A DNA stretch of 64,000 nucleotides from Akkermansiaceae bacterium (GTDB lineage: Bacteria; Verrucomicrobiota; Verrucomicrobiia; Verrucomicrobiales; Akkermansiaceae). Position numbers and translations under genes: made by a program. The first letter of the stretch is position 1; every line of letters starts with the position of its first letter. Below are positions 62,541-64,000 of the stretch, piece after piece. The stretch lies in NCBI GenBank assembly GCA_023299815.1, contig JALZWA010000034.1:137-64136 (forward strand), in the 5' to 3' direction. The notes under the pieces are model-generated. The model searched no databases, had not been told where the DNA came from, and worked only from the letters and a program-made list of their open reading frames with translations.

Positions 62541-63386
62541 TTATGCGCTGAAGTCAGTGTTAAGCATGACAATGACCGAAATACCATTGTTCAGCGCATG
62601 CATCGCGACGGGAACCCAGAGGTTTCCCGTCCACTCGCGCGCGAGGCCGAGCAAGATGCCGAAGACGAAGATGAAGCTGATGATCTCAATCTCATACTGC
62701 CGGTGTATCACCGCCCAGATTGCAGAAGTCAGAATGAGAGTTACCCAAAGCCCTAGCTGGGACTTACCTCGCCAACCGCGAAAGAGCACGCCGCGAAAGA
62801 TGAACTCCTCCACCAGCGGAGCACCGATGGCGACGCCGAGAAAAAGAAGGATCGGATAGTCGGTCGTAGTCGCCATTTGCACCATCGATTCATGCATACC
62901 ATCGATCCCTAAGGAAGGAGCCAGAAGTCCGAAGCCAGCCGCGAGGAGATAGGTCGCCGCAAGCCAAGCGGGCCACTTCCACCAGCGCACAGCAGCATTT
63001 CCGAGATACTCCCAACCACCCCAAGGCTTTTTCACTTTCCCGATAACCCAAGCCAGAGGACAGACTGCAAAAATAGCGGCGAAACTCATAATACCGACGA
63101 GATCTCCGTCCATCAGCCTACCTTCAAGTTCTGCTCTTTTTAACCCGTCCTTGCTCTTTGCTATCTCTTCGAAAATCCCTTCGTTAAACATATAAATAAC
63201 CGCAATGACCCCTTGGACAGCGATAAAGGAGCAAAAAAGAGTCACCCCCCAGAGCAGGGTCCACCAGATATTCCACGGTGTCTTTTCCACCACCGGAAGC
63301 GGCGGTGGCGAGGGTTTGCTATCAGGTGAAAGATAGAGGTTTTCCATGCCGCGATTGAAATCCCTCCGCGACAGAATTGCGAGCAT
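62541..63386 (-). CDS. CPBP-family (CAAX) intramembrane glutamic endopeptidase
   Basis: EEFIFRGVLF, WAVIHRQY and HALNNG motifs. Met14 (63347) is an alternative start. Confidence 0.75.
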   Translation of the reverse strand: MLAILSRRDFNRGMENLYLSPDSKPSPPPLPVVEKTPWNIWWTLLWGVTLFCSFIAVQGVIAVIYMFNEGIFEEIAKSKDGLKRAELEGRLMDGDLVGIMSFAAIFAVCPLAWVIGKVKKPWGGWEYLGNAAVRWWKWPAWLAATYLLAAGFGLLAPSLGIDGMHESMVQMATTTDYPILLFLGVAIGAPLVEEFIFRGVLFRGWRGKSQLGLWVTLILTSAIWAVIHRQYEIEIISFIFVFGILLGLAREWTGNLWVPVAMHALNNGISVIVMLNTDFSA

Positions 63387-63443
63387 GGATCTATCTGAAA
63401 AATCACCTCCCCATCAGGGGCTTGAGCTGATTACCTTCCCGTC

Positions 63444-64000
63444 ATGCGTCATTTCTCTCTCTTGCTGCTCCTCTCGCTCCCCTGTGCCGCGCAGAAAAAA
63501 ATCGACCTCGTCGAACTGGGCCGGGAGACCTTCCACTCCGTCGGCTGCGCCGAGTGCCACTCGGAAGTGAAGAATGACACCGCCGTGAAAACCGGCCCCG
63601 GCCTCTACGGCCTTTTCCAAAAGACCGCCCGCAAGCGCAGCGTCCTCAGCGGAGGCGAGCAGCACCGCCAAGAAGTCACCGCTGATTTAAAATATCTCAC
63701 GCAATCCCTGCGCAGCCCGATCGAGGATCTCGCCATCGCCGAGTCCGGCGCGACCAAGGGCCAGGCCTACCTCCCCATCATGCCGCCTTATGACATGAGC
63801 TTTCTCTCTGAGAAAAAGGTGCAAGCCATCCATCACTACCTCCTCACGCTTAATGACCCCGATCAGCGCGGCCCGAAAGAAATCATCGTCGACGCCAAGG
63901 GCTACTCCACCCACAAGCCCGCTCTCGAAGATCCCGGCGAGGTCCTCGTCACGGATCGCACCCGCATCTACCGCGCCCGGCTCGATGACCTCTCGGCGCG
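63444..64000 (+). CDS. c-type cytochrome domain protein (5' part; runs off the window)
   Basis: ATG 63444 gives MRHFSLLLLLSLPCAAQ (signal), followed by GRETFHSVGCAECH (CxxCH) and a distal ...YLPIMPPY Met ligand region. The frame stays open to position 64000, so it is missing from the ORF track. The minus-strand ORFs listed here are shadows. Confidence 0.7.
   Translation, partial: MRHFSLLLLLSLPCAAQKKIDLVELGRETFHSVGCAECHSEVKNDTAVKTGPGLYGLFQKTARKRSVLSGGEQHRQEVTADLKYLTQSLRSPIEDLAIAESGATKGQAYLPIMPPYDMSFLSEKKVQAIHHYLLTLNDPDQRGPKEIIVDAKGYSTHKPALEDPGEVLVTDRTRIYRARLDDLSA

Noticed and set aside
63414-63914. Minus-strand ORFs 63414-63671 and 63687-63914.
   Set aside because: They are antisense to an open plus-strand frame that has a signal peptide and a CxxCH haem motif and runs off the window. 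Their Gly/Ala/Glu-rich composition is typical of shadows.
1-64000. A search for prophage, IS, integrase, toxin-antitoxin, restriction-modification, CRISPR-Cas or other defence modules, and for rRNA/tRNA genes.
   Set aside because: No ORF shows transposase, integrase, nuclease or methylase motifs I can recognise, and no intergenic region looks like a tRNA cloverleaf. The only mobile-element-like feature is the inverted-repeat element at 12490-12740.

Overview
This is a 64-kb chromosomal window, moderately GC-rich by eye and densely coding. It most likely comes from a PVC-superphylum (Verrucomicrobiota-like) bacterium. The evidence is a DUF1501 / cytochrome-c-DUF1592 gene pair, several PEP-CTERM proteins, an SHD1-domain protein, a long-form IspG, and many P/S/R-rich shadow ORFs. 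All calls come from reading the ORF translations and the DNA by eye; no searches were run. Family names are motif-based, and start codons are best guesses, often moved to an internal Met or GTG that gives a signal peptide or an ATGA/GTGA overlap.

Layout:
- 0.4-7.8 kb: blaI-blaR1-like pair, DUF1501/PSCyt pair, and a PEP-CTERM protein.
- 7.9-12.5 kb: HTTM-domain protein plus partner, a rhodanese interrupted by an in-frame TGA, and nadB.
- 12.5-16.2 kb: a MITE-like inverted-repeat element, an ECF sigma factor with a VWA-type anti-sigma factor, and a small secreted gene with two in-frame TGA codons.
- 16.4-28.5 kb: housekeeping and miscellaneous genes (DUF1287, GT9, clpS, ispG, thiL, CPBP protease, truncated globin, Ser/Thr kinase with lectin domains).
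- 28.5-53.9 kb: a large minus-strand envelope/exopolysaccharide locus ending in Wzc, Wza, an outer-membrane barrel, EpsI and an exosortase.
- 53.9-59.7 kb: a duplicated module (variant-PEP cargo plus TPR-like membrane protein) and a classical PEP-CTERM protein.
- 60-64 kb: rpsU, a YbjN-like protein, a second CPBP protease, and a partial cytochrome c.

Two signals are the most interesting. (a) A monocistronic secreted protein (15657-16220) has two HMA-like repeats, each with an in-frame UGA at the same repeat position. Each UGA is followed by a 7-bp/5-nt-loop hairpin whose arms differ but stay complementary, which makes this a candidate double-selenocysteine protein. (b) An exosortase/EpsI locus sits next to two paralogous pairs of a TPR-like membrane protein and a cargo protein. 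The cargo carries a non-canonical VPEV...LPL...PW...RRRR C-terminal sorting signal. No rRNA, tRNA, CRISPR, IS, integrase or obvious defence genes were seen.
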